DNA of 63,577 nt, filler included, from Octopus bimaculoides (taxonomy: Eukaryota), in assembly GCF_001194135.2 (NCBI RefSeq). It is 5 parts of 5 records of this genome, joined end to end, with 100 filler letters (N's around TTAATTAATTAA, not from the genome) between each part and the next. Parts side by side here need not be neighbours in the genome. Positions count along the whole stretch, not along the records: positions 1 to 16,029 come from NC_068984.1; positions 16,130 to 40,483 come from NC_069006.1; 3 more parts are not named here. One strand, given 5' to 3'. The position numbers were made by a program, and so were the translations under genes. The notes beneath the pieces are model-generated. The model was not told the DNA's origin, did no database searches, and saw only the letters and a program-made list of their open reading frames with translations. This document shows, in pieces, positions 15,135 through 26,495 of the stretch (its first letter is position 1; each line of letters opens with the position of its first letter).

Positions 15135-16029
15135 CTCTCTCTCTATATATATATGTATATATGTATGTATGTATATATATATTTACATATATATATGTAT
15201 AAACATATATACAGTCAAGTGATTGTCTGCCCTTGGGTAGGTCCTTCTCTAGCATTTACCACACGATTTGGGAAGGCTCCTACCCTCCCTTGCTTCCAAT
15301 AAATATACTACTGGAAGTACATCCATCCATGACTAGTGGTTTCCCCTTGCCTTCTCTACGAAGGTGAGATTTGAACTCGACTTAGAGAGCTGTAAGGTAT
15401 ACCGTAAAGCATCTCTGCCGATGCACCAACGATACTGCCAATCTCTCATGTCCACATGTGGGTAAATATTTGCTACGCTTTTGGTCCCCCCGAGTTTACT
15501 GATAGGACTTGCTTTCTATATTGTGTCTATGTATAAGCTTTTTATCTCTCTATACTTTTTACATAGATTTCTTATATATTTAAAAAAATTTTTTTACATA
15601 TTTATAGAGATAATGTCTTGTATATTTTTCACACATAATATTTTTTCTGTATTCTCCCCTCCATACTGCTTTTTTCCTGTGCGTCTATAGACGCGTACAT
15701 GGAACCTTATGTGCGCGCTTGTGGATGTGTGCGTGTGTGTGGGTACGTGCGTATATAGTTGTATGTGCGTGCATGCGAGAATATGCGCATATAGGCGTGT
15801 TTTGCCCTTATAGCATTTTCACATTTTTTTCTGTATTTTGCTTTTAGCACTTTCTTTTTTATTTCTTCTTCTTGAACATGTGCGTATTTTGACGTGCATA
15901 TGGACCTTTTTTTGTGTGCGTGTGTATGGGTGCGAGTGTGTTGCGCGCGTGTGTGTATGTGTGTTTATGCGGCTACACCCGTGTGTGCGGGTATATATAA
16001 ATATATATACATATATATACATATATATA

Positions 16030-16129
16030 NNNNNNNNNNNNNNNNNNNNNNNNNNNNNNNNNNNNNNNNNNNNTTAATTAATTAANNNNNNNNNNNNNNN
16101 NNNNNNNNNNNNNNNNNNNNNNNNNNNNN
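16030..16129. other. Artificial 100-bp join: 44N-TTAATTAATTAA-44N
   Basis: Identical geometry at four sites. Confidence 0.95.
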
Positions 16130-16440
16130 TATATGATTAATATCAATTTCTACCCTCATTAATAAATTTTATATATATATATATATTAGAAATGATACAT
16201 TTCTAAATCTCTCAGAGAGATTTAAGCAGTAGTGATATGATAAAGTAATTGTATGCTGTCAACTTAACATGACAGTCCCATGAAGGGAATCATACTACTG
16301 CTATTTAGCCCTGCACTGCTTCCAGTCAGCCTTGACACATTTCCTGTGTCCTTATGTTTACAAGGGGGCGACAAGCACTTCCACCCAGCCAAGCCTGCAT
16401 CCAGGGACATGTTTACACACACACACACACATATATATAT

Positions 16441-16720
16441 TATTAATAAATTTCAAAGTAGCAAAAAAATTTAGAAATTCTTTTTGCTACCAGTGGTCTA
16501 GCAAGAAGAAAAACTAGTCAATAGATTATATATTATTCATATACATACAGTGTACATTTAAACATAATAGGACATCTATCCCGCTAGAAGGAGCAGTCAA
16601 ACTCTAAACCACAATTAGGGATAATTTCAAAAGGGAATGAAAAATAAAAATATTTACCATCTATTTCCTGTACCATGGTTTCAAGCTATTTTCAGCAATA
16701 AAATAATTTGCTAGGCCAGC
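16441..16720 (+). mobile_element. Local foldback-element copy A (shared ~105-bp flank, one arm, central loop)
   Basis: Near-identical to 16897-17162 and to the reverse complement of 21663-22060. Confidence 0.75.
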
Positions 16721-16896
16721 TATCATCAACAGGAAAGCCAAGATTAACATATAAAAACGAGGCAATACAGAGAACATGCCTTGTGCTTATATGTTATAAT
16801 TTTTCATATCTACTGCGCATGTGCAGTTTTTTTATCAGCAGCTAATACAAAAAATGCCGATTTTCTTCCAGAGATTAGGCAAAAAGTCATTATATC

Positions 16897-17162
16897 ATTA
16901 TTAGTAAATTTCAGGGTAGCAAAAAAATTTAGAAATTCTTTTTGCTACCAGTGGTCTAGCAAGAAGAAAAACTAGTCAATAGACTATATATTATTCATAT
17001 AAATACAGTGTACATTTAAACACATAAATAGCTTGAAACCATGGTACAGGAAATAGATGGTAAATGTTTTTATCTTTCATTCCATTTAGAAATTATCCCT
17101 AATTGTGGTTTGGAGTTTGGCTGCTTCTTCTAGCGGGTTAGATGTCCTTTAAATGTACACTG
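16897..17162 (+). mobile_element. Foldback-element copy B (flank plus internally deleted MITE 17006-17162)
   Basis: Perfect 15-bp TIRs CAGTGTACATTTAAA / TTTAAATGTACACTG flanked by TA. Confidence 0.78.
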
Positions 17163-17189
17163 TATTTATATATATATATATATATATCG

Positions 17190-17960
17190 TTAATCCAATA
17201 AAACGAAGGAAAATACATGACAAGGTATTAACAGGGAAGGAAAGAAAAGTAGTTTAACATTTTGAGCAAAGCTCTTCTTCAGAAACAGGAGACGGAGGAA
17301 AGTCCAAGAGAATGGGAGGACGGAGGAAAATATCACCAACAATCCACATGTAATTATAGTTTGAAATGACTGGAAGGGAATGGATGAAGAAAAAGTTCTT
17401 TCTAAGACAGGAGAGTGTAAGAGAAAGAGGTATCTGTGTGTATGTGTGGGTATATGCATGCATACAAGTGTGTGTGTGTCTGTGTGTGTGTAATAGCACG
17501 TGTGTGTGGTATTAATTTGTTTATATGTGTATGTGTGAATGAGCTTTGTGTCTGTTAATGTTGTAGGAAGAGTTCAGCAGCTTGGTTACAGGAGTGGTGG
17601 TCCTTTGTGGAGTTGTGTGTCTCTTCACATGTGCATAGATGGGATGGTCAGTAGAAAAGTGTTTGAATAGCAGGCTGAAGGGTGTATATGTGTGTGTATG
17701 TGTATGTGTGCGTGTATGTGCATGTTGTGTGTGTGTGTGCTTTGTGTGTGGTGTGTGCGCATGTGTCTGTGTATGTGCGTGTGTTGACCAAAGAAAACAT
17801 GGAGGGCACAGGTGAAGGAGGGTTTAGTTGAGTAGGGAGGACACCCAAATCCGGATGAAATGGTGTGAGAGTGGTTGGTGTAGGAGTGAGGTAGATCCAA
17901 CCACCCCTGTTAACAGGGACAAACCTGGATTTAAAATATTGGAATTCATCATCATCATCA
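17190..17960 (+). mobile_element. Probable RTE-type LINE 3' fragments interleaved with (GT)n
   Basis: PKKTWRAQVKEG-like remnant and a (CAT)n tail at 17787-17960; weak similarity elsewhere. Confidence 0.4.
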
Positions 17961-18121
17961 TACATATATATATATTTATATGCAATTAAATATACGTCCG
18001 GTCATAGAGTGACCAATGGTTTTACAGCCATGAAGTTTAACGCTTTATAAATGTGAAACCATTGCTGCTCTAGTCTTTCAAGTGTGTCCCTTTTTCAGAT
18101 ATATGATCTACTGACAATATA

Positions 18122-18300
18122 CCATATCTTAACGTGTGTAAGGACCCCCATTTTTTCAAAAATTAGGTTAAAAAAATATGGGAGATTCTTATACATGGAT
18201 AGTATTATAATCCCTTACAAAAAGTTTTTTCCAAATTTTAAACCCCCAAAATCAGGGGCTTCCTTATATGTGAGGGTTCCTTATACACATTAAAATATGA
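18122..18300. mobile_element. pogo/Tigger-type MITE
   Basis: TA flanks; imperfect ~27-bp TIRs CCATATCTTAACGTGTGTAAGGACCCC / GGGTTCCTTATACACATTAAAATATGA. Confidence 0.7.
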
Positions 18301-18314
18301 TATATATATATATA

Positions 18315-18456
18315 TAGGAGTGGCCGTGTGGTAGGTAGCTTGCTTACCAACTACATGCTTCCGGCTTCAATCCCAATGTGTAGCACCTTGGACAATTGTC
18401 TTCTACTATAGCTTCTGTGAGTGGATTTGGTAGATGGAAACTGAAAGAAGCCTGTC

Positions 18457-18505
<49 letters not shown>

Positions 18506-18724
18506 CATGTATTTGTGTGTCTGTGTTTGTCCCTCCACCATTGCTTGACAACCAATGCTAGTGTGTTTGCGTCCCCGTAACTTAGCGGTTCAGCAAAAGG
18601 GGTCAATAAAATAAGTACTAGGCTTACAAAGAATAAACACCGGAGTCAATTTGCTCGACTATAAAGGTGGTGCTCCAGCATGGTCGCAGTGAAATGACTG
18701 AAACAAGTAAAAGAGTAAAGAGTA
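18315..18724 (+). mobile_element. SINE family A, full-length
   Basis: Head, internal (GT)n, tail AAAAGAGTAAAGAG. Confidence 0.9.
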
Positions 18725-19549
18725 TATATATATATATATATATATATGTAAAAATTTAGATTCAGGTGAATATGGTACCAGAATTAAGTATGGTTTTATC
18801 CATACCGTTTCAAAATAAGGTGATTAAAGTCAAAATAAGCAACATGCTTATTTTGACTTATATATATATATATATATATANNNNNNNNNNNNNNNNNNNN
18901 NNNNNNNNNNNNNNNNNNNNNNNNNNNNNNNNNNNNNNNNNNNNNNNNNNNNNNNNNNNNNNNNNNNNNNNNNNNNNNNNNNNNNNNNNNNNNNNNNNNN
19001 NNNNNNNNNNNNNNNNNNNNNNNNNNNNNNNNNNNNNNNNNNNNNNNNNNNNNNNNNNNNNNNNNNNNNNNNNNNNNNNNNNNNNNNNNNNNNNNNNNNN
19101 NNNNNNNNNNNNNNNNNNNNNNNNNNNNNNNNNNNNNNNNNNNNNNNNNNNNNNNNNNNNNNNNNNNNNNNNNNNNNNNNNNNNNNNNNNNNNNNNNNNN
19201 NNNNNNNNNNNNNNNNNNNNNNNNNNNNNNNNNNNNNNNNNNNNNNNNNNNNNNNNNNNNNNNNNNNNNNNNNNNNNNNNNNNNNNNNNNNNNNNNNNNN
19301 NNNNNNNNNNNNNNNNNNNNNNNNNNNNNNNNNNNNNNNNNNNNNNNNNNNNNNNNNNNNNNNNNNNNNNNNNNNNNNNNNNNNNNNNNNNNNNNNNNNN
19401 NNNNNNNNNNNNNNNNNNNNNNNNNNNNNNNNNNNNNNNNNNNNNNNNNNNNNNNNNNNNNNNNNNNNNNNNNNNNNNNNNNNNNNNNNNNNNNNNNNNN
19501 NNNNNNNNNNNNNNNNNNNNNNNNNNNNNNNNNNNNNNNNNNNNNNNNN

Positions 19550-20110
19550 GTTCTGAGTTCAAATTCCACCAAGGTTGACTTTGCCTTTCATCTTTTCAGG
19601 GTCGATGAATTAAGTACCAGTTGCGTACTGGGGTGAATCTAATCGACTGCCCACTTCCTCCAAAATTTCGGGCTTTGTGCCTAGAGTAGAAAAGAATATG
19701 AATTTACATAAATTAGCCAGAAAAATCTGCAATGTACTGAGTGCTCGACAGGTGAACCGCGATGTTCTGAGTGTGTGATAGGTGAAGTGTGATATGGCAA
19801 AGGATTACTGCACAGGTTGGCATATGCCATTTTTCTCTGTGTGTGTGTGTTATTCTTATATGAGGGTCAATTCTTCAGTTTACCAAAGCCATCGTTCTGG
19901 TGGCATTAAACCAGCCGAACCCTCTGTGCATGGCACAAAATGCTCAGCTGCATATCTTCCGGCTCTTTACGTTCTGAGTTCGGATTCTGTCAATGTTGAC
20001 TTGGACTTTTGTTCAATCAGGGTCATTAAAAAAAGAAAAATCAAGTATTGTGGTCAATATAATCGACCTGCCCCTTTCTCCCTAAAATTACTGGCCTTAT
20101 ACCAACATTA
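19550..20110 (+). mobile_element. Two SINE family C copies (19550-19698, 19925-20110)
   Basis: Shared TTCTGAGTTC...GTTGACTT body and tail. Confidence 0.75.
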
Positions 20111-20185
20111 GAAAGAATCATTAAGACCAAATTATAAGTATATAATGACCATCACCTCTTAATTTCTATTCTACTCTCTTTCCAG

Positions 20186-20316
20186 AGCTCAGTTGCATTA
20201 CTCAAAAGTTCTATACATGACAATAACGATAATGTTCGTGAAGAAGCTTACCAGATCTTCCAGAAACATCCTCAGAAAGATAATCTTACCAAACAACATT
20301 TCAACATCATTCTAAG
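20186..20316 (+). CDS. Internal exon 1 (of 8 detected) of a large amphipathic, probably apolipophorin/LLT-like protein; SSVALLKSSIHDNNDNVREEAYQIFQKHPQKDNLTKQHFNIIL(S)
   Basis: Acceptor ctactctctttccag, donor AG|GTTTAA, 131 nt open; its phase-2 end matches the next exon. Confidence 0.8.
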
Positions 20317-20339
20317 GTTTAAAGGAATTTGGCTTTCAT

Positions 20340-20910
20340 TTTTTTCCTTCTTTTGCTTCTATTCTTTATTCTTTGGTTTTTATTCTTTATTCTTTTGCCT
20401 CTTTCCATCTTTTTTTGTTTTTATTCTTTTGCCTCTTTCCTTCTTTTTTTTGGCTTTTGTTCTTTATTCTTTTACTTCTAGTCTTTATTCTTCTGCTTTT
20501 ATTCTTTCTTCTTTGGTTTTTATTCTTTATTCTTTTGCCTCTTTCCATCTATTTTTTTTTGTTTTTGTTCTTTATTCTTTTGCTTCTAGTCTTTATTTTT
20601 CTGCTTTTATTCTTTATACTTTTTCCCTCTTTCCTTCCTCTTTTGCTTTTGTTCTTTATTCTTCTGCTTTTATTCTTTATTCTTTTGTCTCTATCCTTCA
20701 TTCTTTTCCTTTTATACTTTATTCTTTGGCTTTTATTCTTTATTCTTTTGTCTCTATCCTTCATTCTTTTCCTTTTATACTTTATTCTTTGGCTTTTATT
20801 CTTTATTCTTTTGTCTCTATCCTTCACACTTTTACTTTTATTCTTTATTTGGTTGCCTCCATCCTTTATTCTTTATTCTTTAGCTTTTTTACTCTTTATT
20901 CTTTTGTATT
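20340..20910. repeat. Pyrimidine-rich minisatellite (TTTATTC-based, 63-bp higher-order unit) filling intron 1
   Basis: The unit GCTTTTATTCTTTATTCTTTTGTCTCTATCCTTCATTCTTTTCCTTTTATACTTTATTCTTTG recurs about 2.5 times, within more degenerate copies. Confidence 0.9.
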
Positions 20911-20917
20911 TTTCCAG

Positions 20918-21096
20918 TAAAAGTTATACATACCCCACTGTAATGAGAATGCGACGAGGTGTGATTAATGACATTCTCAAAACAATATCCTTCACACTGA
21001 AGTTACCAGGCAAGGAATGGCGAAAGGGTATCGGATCATCAAAGATTGGTGCCAGTTTCGGCATCACTATCAAAAATGGAATGGAATTACAACTGA
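20918..21096 (+). CDS. Exon 2; KSYTYPTVMRMRRGVINDILKTISFTLKLPGKEWRKGIGSSKIGASFGITIKNGMELQL(K)
   Basis: Acceptor ttttgtatttttccag, donor A|GTACGT, 179 nt; this is the non-repetitive tail of track ORF 20373-21218; phases 2/1 fit both neighbours. Confidence 0.85.
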
Positions 21097-21455
21097 GTAC
21101 GTTGAATTCTTGTATTGTTAAGTCAACAGGAAGTAAAATTAGATGCAGTGCAAAGAATTCTGGGAGATTCTGTGTGTGTGTGTGTGGTGATGACAGTGTT
21201 GTTGTTATTGTTGTTTAACCATTTTGATGCCAACCTCCCTAAGACTACCGATCACTTAGCTAATGACTGAGTTGGCTGAAACTTCAAAGTTACTGTAAAC
21301 ATGTTTTCATTACAGTAATTCCTCGCCATATTGTGGTTCACCTATCGCGGTTTATTATTCAAACTTGCATCGATTCCTCCATGGTGTTGTTTCGCATTTA
21401 TAATAAAATAAATGCGTACAAATTATAAAAATAATGAAAAAAAAATACACAGCAT

Positions 21456-21628
21456 AGGTGCAGGAGTGGTTGTGTGGTAAGTAGCTTACTCCCAACCGTA
21501 TGGTTCCGGGTTCAGTCCCACTGCATGGCACCTTGGGCAAGTGTCTTCTGCTATAGCCACAGGCTGACCAAAGCCTTGTGAGTGGATTTGGTAGACAGAA
21601 ACTGAAAGAAACCCATTGTGTGTATATA
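21456..21628 (+). mobile_element. SINE family A, 5' half ending at a gap
   Basis: Head through GAAACTGAAAGAA. Confidence 0.85.
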
Positions 21629-21662
21629 NNNNNNNNNNNNNATATATATATATATATATATA

Positions 21663-22060
21663 CTATACATTTAAACACATAACAGAGATGTCCATAATAG
21701 GACATCTAACCCGCTAGAAGGAGCAGTCAAAACTCCAAACCACAATTGGTTTCAAGCTATTTTCAGCAAAATAAAATAATTTGCTAGGCCAGAAACCATT
21801 GGTTCAGGAAATAGATGGTAAATGTTTTTATTTTTCATTCCCTTTCGAAATTATCCCTAATTGTGGTTTGGAGTTTGACTGCTCCTTCTAGTGGATTAGA
21901 TGTCCTATTACGGATATCTCTCTTATGAGTTTAAATGTACACTGTATGTATATATATATGACTAATATATAGTCTATTGACTAGTTTTTCCTTCTCGCTA
22001 GACCACTGGTAGCAAAAAGAATTTCTAAAATTTTTTGCTACCCTGAGATTTATTAATAAT
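21663..22060 (-). mobile_element. Foldback-element copy C (both arms, loop, inverted flank)
   Basis: Self-complementary arms (AGGACATCTAACCCGCTAGAAGGAGCAGTC... and its reverse complement) around the loop AAGCTATTTTCAGC...GGCCA. Confidence 0.78.
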
Positions 22061-22297
22061 ATATATATGTGTGTGTGTGTGTATATATTTGTGTGTCTAT
22101 GTTTGTCTCCCCCATCGCTTGACAACTGATGCTGGTGTGTTTACATTCTCGTAACTTAGAAGTTTGGCAAAAGAGGCTGATAGAATAAGTACTAGGTTTA
22201 CAAAGAATAAGTCCTGGGGTCAATTTGTTCGGCATAAGGTAATGCTCCAGTATAGCCGTAGTTAAATAACTGAAACAAATAAAAGAATAAAAGAGAG
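22061..22297 (+). mobile_element. SINE family A, 3' half
   Basis: Microsatellite through tail. Confidence 0.85.
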
Positions 22298-22379
22298 TAC
22301 AGTACTGTTTCTACTTTGTGGATTTTCACCAATCGTAAGGGGTTTTGGAACGTAATACGATAGTCAAGGGAATGCTTTC

Positions 22380-22790
22380 AAATTTTGGTTCAAGGTCTGA
22401 AGGGTCAGGAAACAGGCTTAGTCAATTATATTGACCCCGGTGTTCAACTCGCACTTATTTTATCAACCCTGTAAGGATGAAAGGCAAAGTTGACCACAGC
22501 TGAATTTGAATCCAGAACATAGAGAGACGAAATATTGCTAACAATTCTGTCAGCTTGCCACCTTAATGTCTTTATTATATTCTTTTCTACTCTAGGAACA
22601 AGGCCCAGGATTTTAGAGGAGGGGGGGACAGTCGATTAGATCGACCGCAGTACACAACTGGTACTTAATTCAGCGACTCCGAAAAGATGAAGGGCAAAGT
22701 TGACCTTGGTAGAATTTGAACTCAGAACGTAAAGACAGACGAAATCCCTCTCAGCATTTCGCCCGGCATTTCTGCCAGCTTCAGCACCTT
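22380..22790 (-). mobile_element. Two tandem SINE family C copies
   Basis: GAAAGGCAAAGTTGACC...GAATTTGAA block repeated about 200 bp apart. Confidence 0.8.
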
Positions 22791-22844
22791 CGTGTTTTTA
22801 TTATATTAAAAACTGCTTTTATTGTAACTGAACATAAAAACAAA

Positions 22845-23170
22845 CAGGAGTGGCTGTCGGGTAAGTAGCTTGCTTACCAACCACATGGTTCCGGGTTCAG
22901 TACCACTGTATGATACCTTGGACAAGTGTCTTCTACTATAGCCTCAGGATGTCCAAAGCCTTGTGAGTGGGTGGATTTGAAAGACGGAAACTGAAAGGAG
23001 CCTGTCATATGTGTGTGTGCATATGTGTATGTTTGTGTGTCTGTTTTTGACCCCCAGCATTGCTTGACAACCAATACTGGTGTGTTTATGTCCCCCCTGG
23101 GGTTGATTTGGTCGACTAAAGGCGGTGCTCCAGCATGTCCGCAGTCAAATGACTGAAACAAATAAAAGAA
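22845..23170 (+). mobile_element. SINE family A with internal deletion
   Basis: Head and tail present; the GTAACTTAGCGG...CAAAGAATAAG block is missing. Confidence 0.88.
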
Positions 23171-23207
23171 CTAATATCAGTTATACATACATACATACAT
23201 ATATATA

Positions 23208-23535
23208 TCATCATCATCATCATCGTCGTTTAACGTCCGCTTTCCATGCTAGCATGGGTTGGACGATTTGACTGAGGACTGGTGAAACCAGATGGCTACA
23301 CCAGGCTCCAATCTGATTTGGCAGAGTTTCTACGGCTGGATGCCCTTCCTAACGCCAACCACTCAGAGAGTGTAGTGGGTGCTTTTACGTGTCACCCACA
23401 CGAAGGCCAGTCAGGCGGTACTGGCAACGGCCACGCTCAAAATGGTGTATTTTATGTGCCACCCGCACAAGAGCCAGTCCAGGGGCACTGGCAACGATCT
23501 CACTCGAAAATCGTACGAAGGCCAGTCAGGCGGTT
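23208..23535 (-). mobile_element. Retroposon family B with a (GAT)n tail
   Basis: Minus strand GGTTGGCGTTAGGAAGGGCATCCAGCCGTAGAAAC...GGACGTTAAACGACGATGATGAT; internal GCCAGTCAGGCGG subrepeats. Confidence 0.8.
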
Positions 23536-23539
23536 CTTT

Positions 23540-23905
23540 TACTTGTTTCATTCATTTGACTGCTTTCATGCTGGAGCACCACCTCTAGTCGAACAAATCG
23601 ACCTCAGTACTTATTCTTTGTAAGCCTAGTACTTACTCAATTGGTCTGTTTTGTCAAACCACTAAGATATGGAGACATAAATGCATTAACATCGGTGTCA
23701 AGTGATGGTGGTGGGGGACAAACACAGATACATATACACACACACACATATACATATGACACGCTTTCTTTCAGTTTCCATCTGCCAAATCCACTGACAA
23801 GGCTTTGCTCTGAGGCTATAGTAGAAAACACTTGCCCAAGGTGCCACGCAGTGGGACTGAACCATGTGGTTGGAAAGCAAGCTTCTTACCACACAGCTAC
23901 TCCTG
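23540..23905 (-). mobile_element. SINE family A, inverted copy
   Basis: Reverse complement of the consensus seen at 7189-7618. Confidence 0.88.
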
Positions 23906-23932
23906 TTCCTATATATATATATATGTGTATAT

Positions 23933-24044
23933 ATCATCATCATCATCATCATCATCGTTTAACGTCCGCTTTCCATGCTAGCATGGGTTGGACGATTTGA
24001 CTGAGGACTGGTGCAACCGGATGGCTACACCAGGCTCCAATCTA

Positions 24045-24045
<1 letters not shown>
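23933..24045 (-). mobile_element. Family B 3' tail, second copy
   Basis: Near-identical to 23208-23320. Confidence 0.8.
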
Positions 24046-24080
<35 letters not shown>

Positions 24081-24604
24081 CCAAGAAAGTTAGGGGTTAT
24101 GAATCCAACCCACTAAGGGATAATATCTATCCAATATACTGCTGGAAGAATACCCATTTATTATTACAATAGTGTTTTGCTTGTTTCAGTTATTAAACTG
24201 GCCATACTGCCTTGATGAAATTTTAAATGTGTGCGTGTTGTGTTTGTATTTGTGTCTCACTCCATTACTTTGCAACCGGTGTTAGGTTATGTTTAATGTA
24301 GCAGTTTTGGCATCAGTGCTGAATGGAATAAACACCAAACATTTTCTTTCTCAAAATGTAATTAATTTGTTTGGCTTGAACTCCTTTGAGGCCCTTAAGA
24401 CATGTCCTATGACTGAAACAAGTAAGAGATTAGGGTTAAGGAATTTATATCAACCCAGTTCATGAACCTGTAATGTCAGGAATGTGTCCCAGCTACTCAT
24501 TTGTAATTAATACAACTGGAGAGGTGCATAATTATTTTGTCTGGTGTTGGATTGACAATTATTGCTTATGAGAAGGGACTAGAGCAATACAAGGAAGGCT
24601 GTTG

Positions 24605-24740
24605 AGAAATTATCTCTCTCTCTCTCTCTTTCCATCTATCTCTTTCTCTCCCTTTCTCTCTCTTTACTGCTGTCGTTCTTTCTCTTTTCTCTCTCATATC
24701 TCTTTCTCTCTCTTTACCACTGTCGTTCTTTCTCTTTTCT

Positions 24741-24771
<31 letters not shown>

Positions 24772-24900
24772 TCTTTCTTCTACTCTCTCCCGTTCTCTCT
24801 ATTTACCTCTCTCTCTCTTTCTTTCTCTCCCTCCATCTCTTTCTCTCACTCCCTTTCTCTTTCCCTCTCTCTCTTTTCTCCCCCCCTCTTTCTCCCTCAT
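24605..24900. repeat. (CT)n-rich polypyrimidine low-complexity tract
   Basis: Direct inspection. Confidence 0.9.
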
Positions 24901-24937
24901 TAAAGAGATGACATTAAACATCATACAGCATTTAGAA

Positions 24938-25160
24938 GCTCATGGTTTAGTGGTTAGGGTGTTGAACTCGTGGTAAGATTGGGGTTTCAATTCCTGGACA
25001 GGGCGGTGCATTGTGTTCTTGAGCAAGACACTTCATCTCACATTGCTCCAGTCCACTCAGCTGACAAAAATGAATAATCCTGCAACAGACAGGCATCCTA
25101 TCCAGAGAGGAATATATATGTTAGAGTAAAGTGGGAAACTGGCATTTGCTCCTCGTGGAG
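24938..25160 (+). mobile_element. OR-like SINE, diverged
   Basis: CATGGTTTAGTGGTTAGGG...TTCAATTCC...TTGAGCAAGACACTTCAT. Confidence 0.75.
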
Positions 25161-25619
25161 TAATGTGGATGGTCCATTTGGACTGATTTTCCAAATTCGG
25201 TTCAAATCCTACTAATGTTGATGAAATAAAGTACCAGCCGTGTACTGGCGGGAGGGGAGTCATTATTTTTTACCCTGCATGCATAAATGAAAGCAAGGTA
25301 TTTTAGTTGCTCATCTTTGTCTGTGTGTTTGCAAAATTACTGGAAAACGGCTGAACAGATTTTCATCAAATTTGGCAGAAATGCTAATTGGGTGAGTGGC
25401 TTGAACTCATTAAATTTTGATTTGGTAAATATTTTCTCTGTTACTTATGCATAAACGATAAGCAGGGGAACTATCTCTTGATGTCATTTTGTTGAAATAC
25501 GAATTCGAGATTATTACATTATATTTCATTTTATCCTTGTGTGTGTGTGCAGGGTATGCATCACCCCACCTTTCAGATGCCTTTTTTTTATTATTATTGT
25601 GGATCATCATGATGAACAA

Positions 25620-25795
25620 CCTCATTGTCATCATCATCATCATCATCATCCCTACCATCAGCAGCAGCACCACCACCATCATCATTGTCGTTGTTATCAT
25701 TATCATCATCATCCCCATCATCATCATCTTAATAACAATAATAATAACAATAATAATAATAATAATAATAATAAAAATAATAATAATAGTAATTG
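25620..25795. repeat. Compound (CAT)n/(AAT)n microsatellite
   Basis: Direct inspection. Confidence 0.9.
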
Positions 25796-25809
25796 ATGAG
25801 TACCATTTT

Positions 25810-26368
25810 TACCCTGATGCAGTACCAGGCAGTGGCTCTCATGGCTTTTTATCTTAACTGATTGGAAGAGTTATCATTTACATTGTTTTGTCTTGGTATA
25901 AAAGATGGGCTACAGCAAATATTCTGCTCAGTACCACAGATTTACTTGTCAGTTGTTTGACCGTAATCAGTTGAGCATGTCCCTTGGTGGCTGACGATAC
26001 GTGCATCTCTAATCACAAGCAGAAGTAGTGGGAGAGCATCATAGCCATGTGTTGAGAGGAATTCTTTGGGGTTTGAATAATTCACCTTTGGAAACATGGG
26101 TGTTTTGCTCAACATCCTTAAACAAACCTTATTCAGGGACCTTTTGAGTGGGATGGGCTACTTGACTTGAAGAAAAGTCTAACTGTGCCTCACCTGCGAC
26201 GTCATGCGCTGTTTATCTTGATATGAGACCACTATGTCACGCACATATGGTTGTGATGCATGTACCTAGTGTACCCTTATTAGACGGGCAGTCATGATGG
26301 GTATACTGGGCTTTGTATATTTTACCCCAGTGTAACTTTGATGGCATGCACTGCTCACTCACTCACTC

Positions 26369-26400
<32 letters not shown>
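25810..26400 (+). mobile_element. Interspersed repeat with an (AAT)n tail, probably a LINE 3' end
   Basis: A diverged second copy lies at ~58460-58590 (AGCAAATATTCTGC...TTGTYAGTTGYTTGACC); the poly-AAT end supports retroposition. Confidence 0.5.
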
Positions 26401-26495
26401 TCATCATCATCATCATCATCATTTAATGTCTTTTGTCCTTGCTGGCATGAATAATAATGAAAGCCAATCACATATATGTAATTAATCCATTTCAG

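Noticed and set aside
16280-16474. ORF starting with a signal-peptide-like MKGIILLLFSPALL
   Set aside because: No convincing donor, runs into a microsatellite and repeat, and cannot supply the missing N-terminus.
20373-20920. Hydrophobic multi-pass-like ORFs (LLFFIL repeats)
   Set aside because: Translation of the intronic minisatellite.
23274-23290. CTGAGGA...GAAAC and other isolated CTGANGA hits (14895, 50612, 54876)
   Set aside because: No stem II or stem III/NUH geometry.
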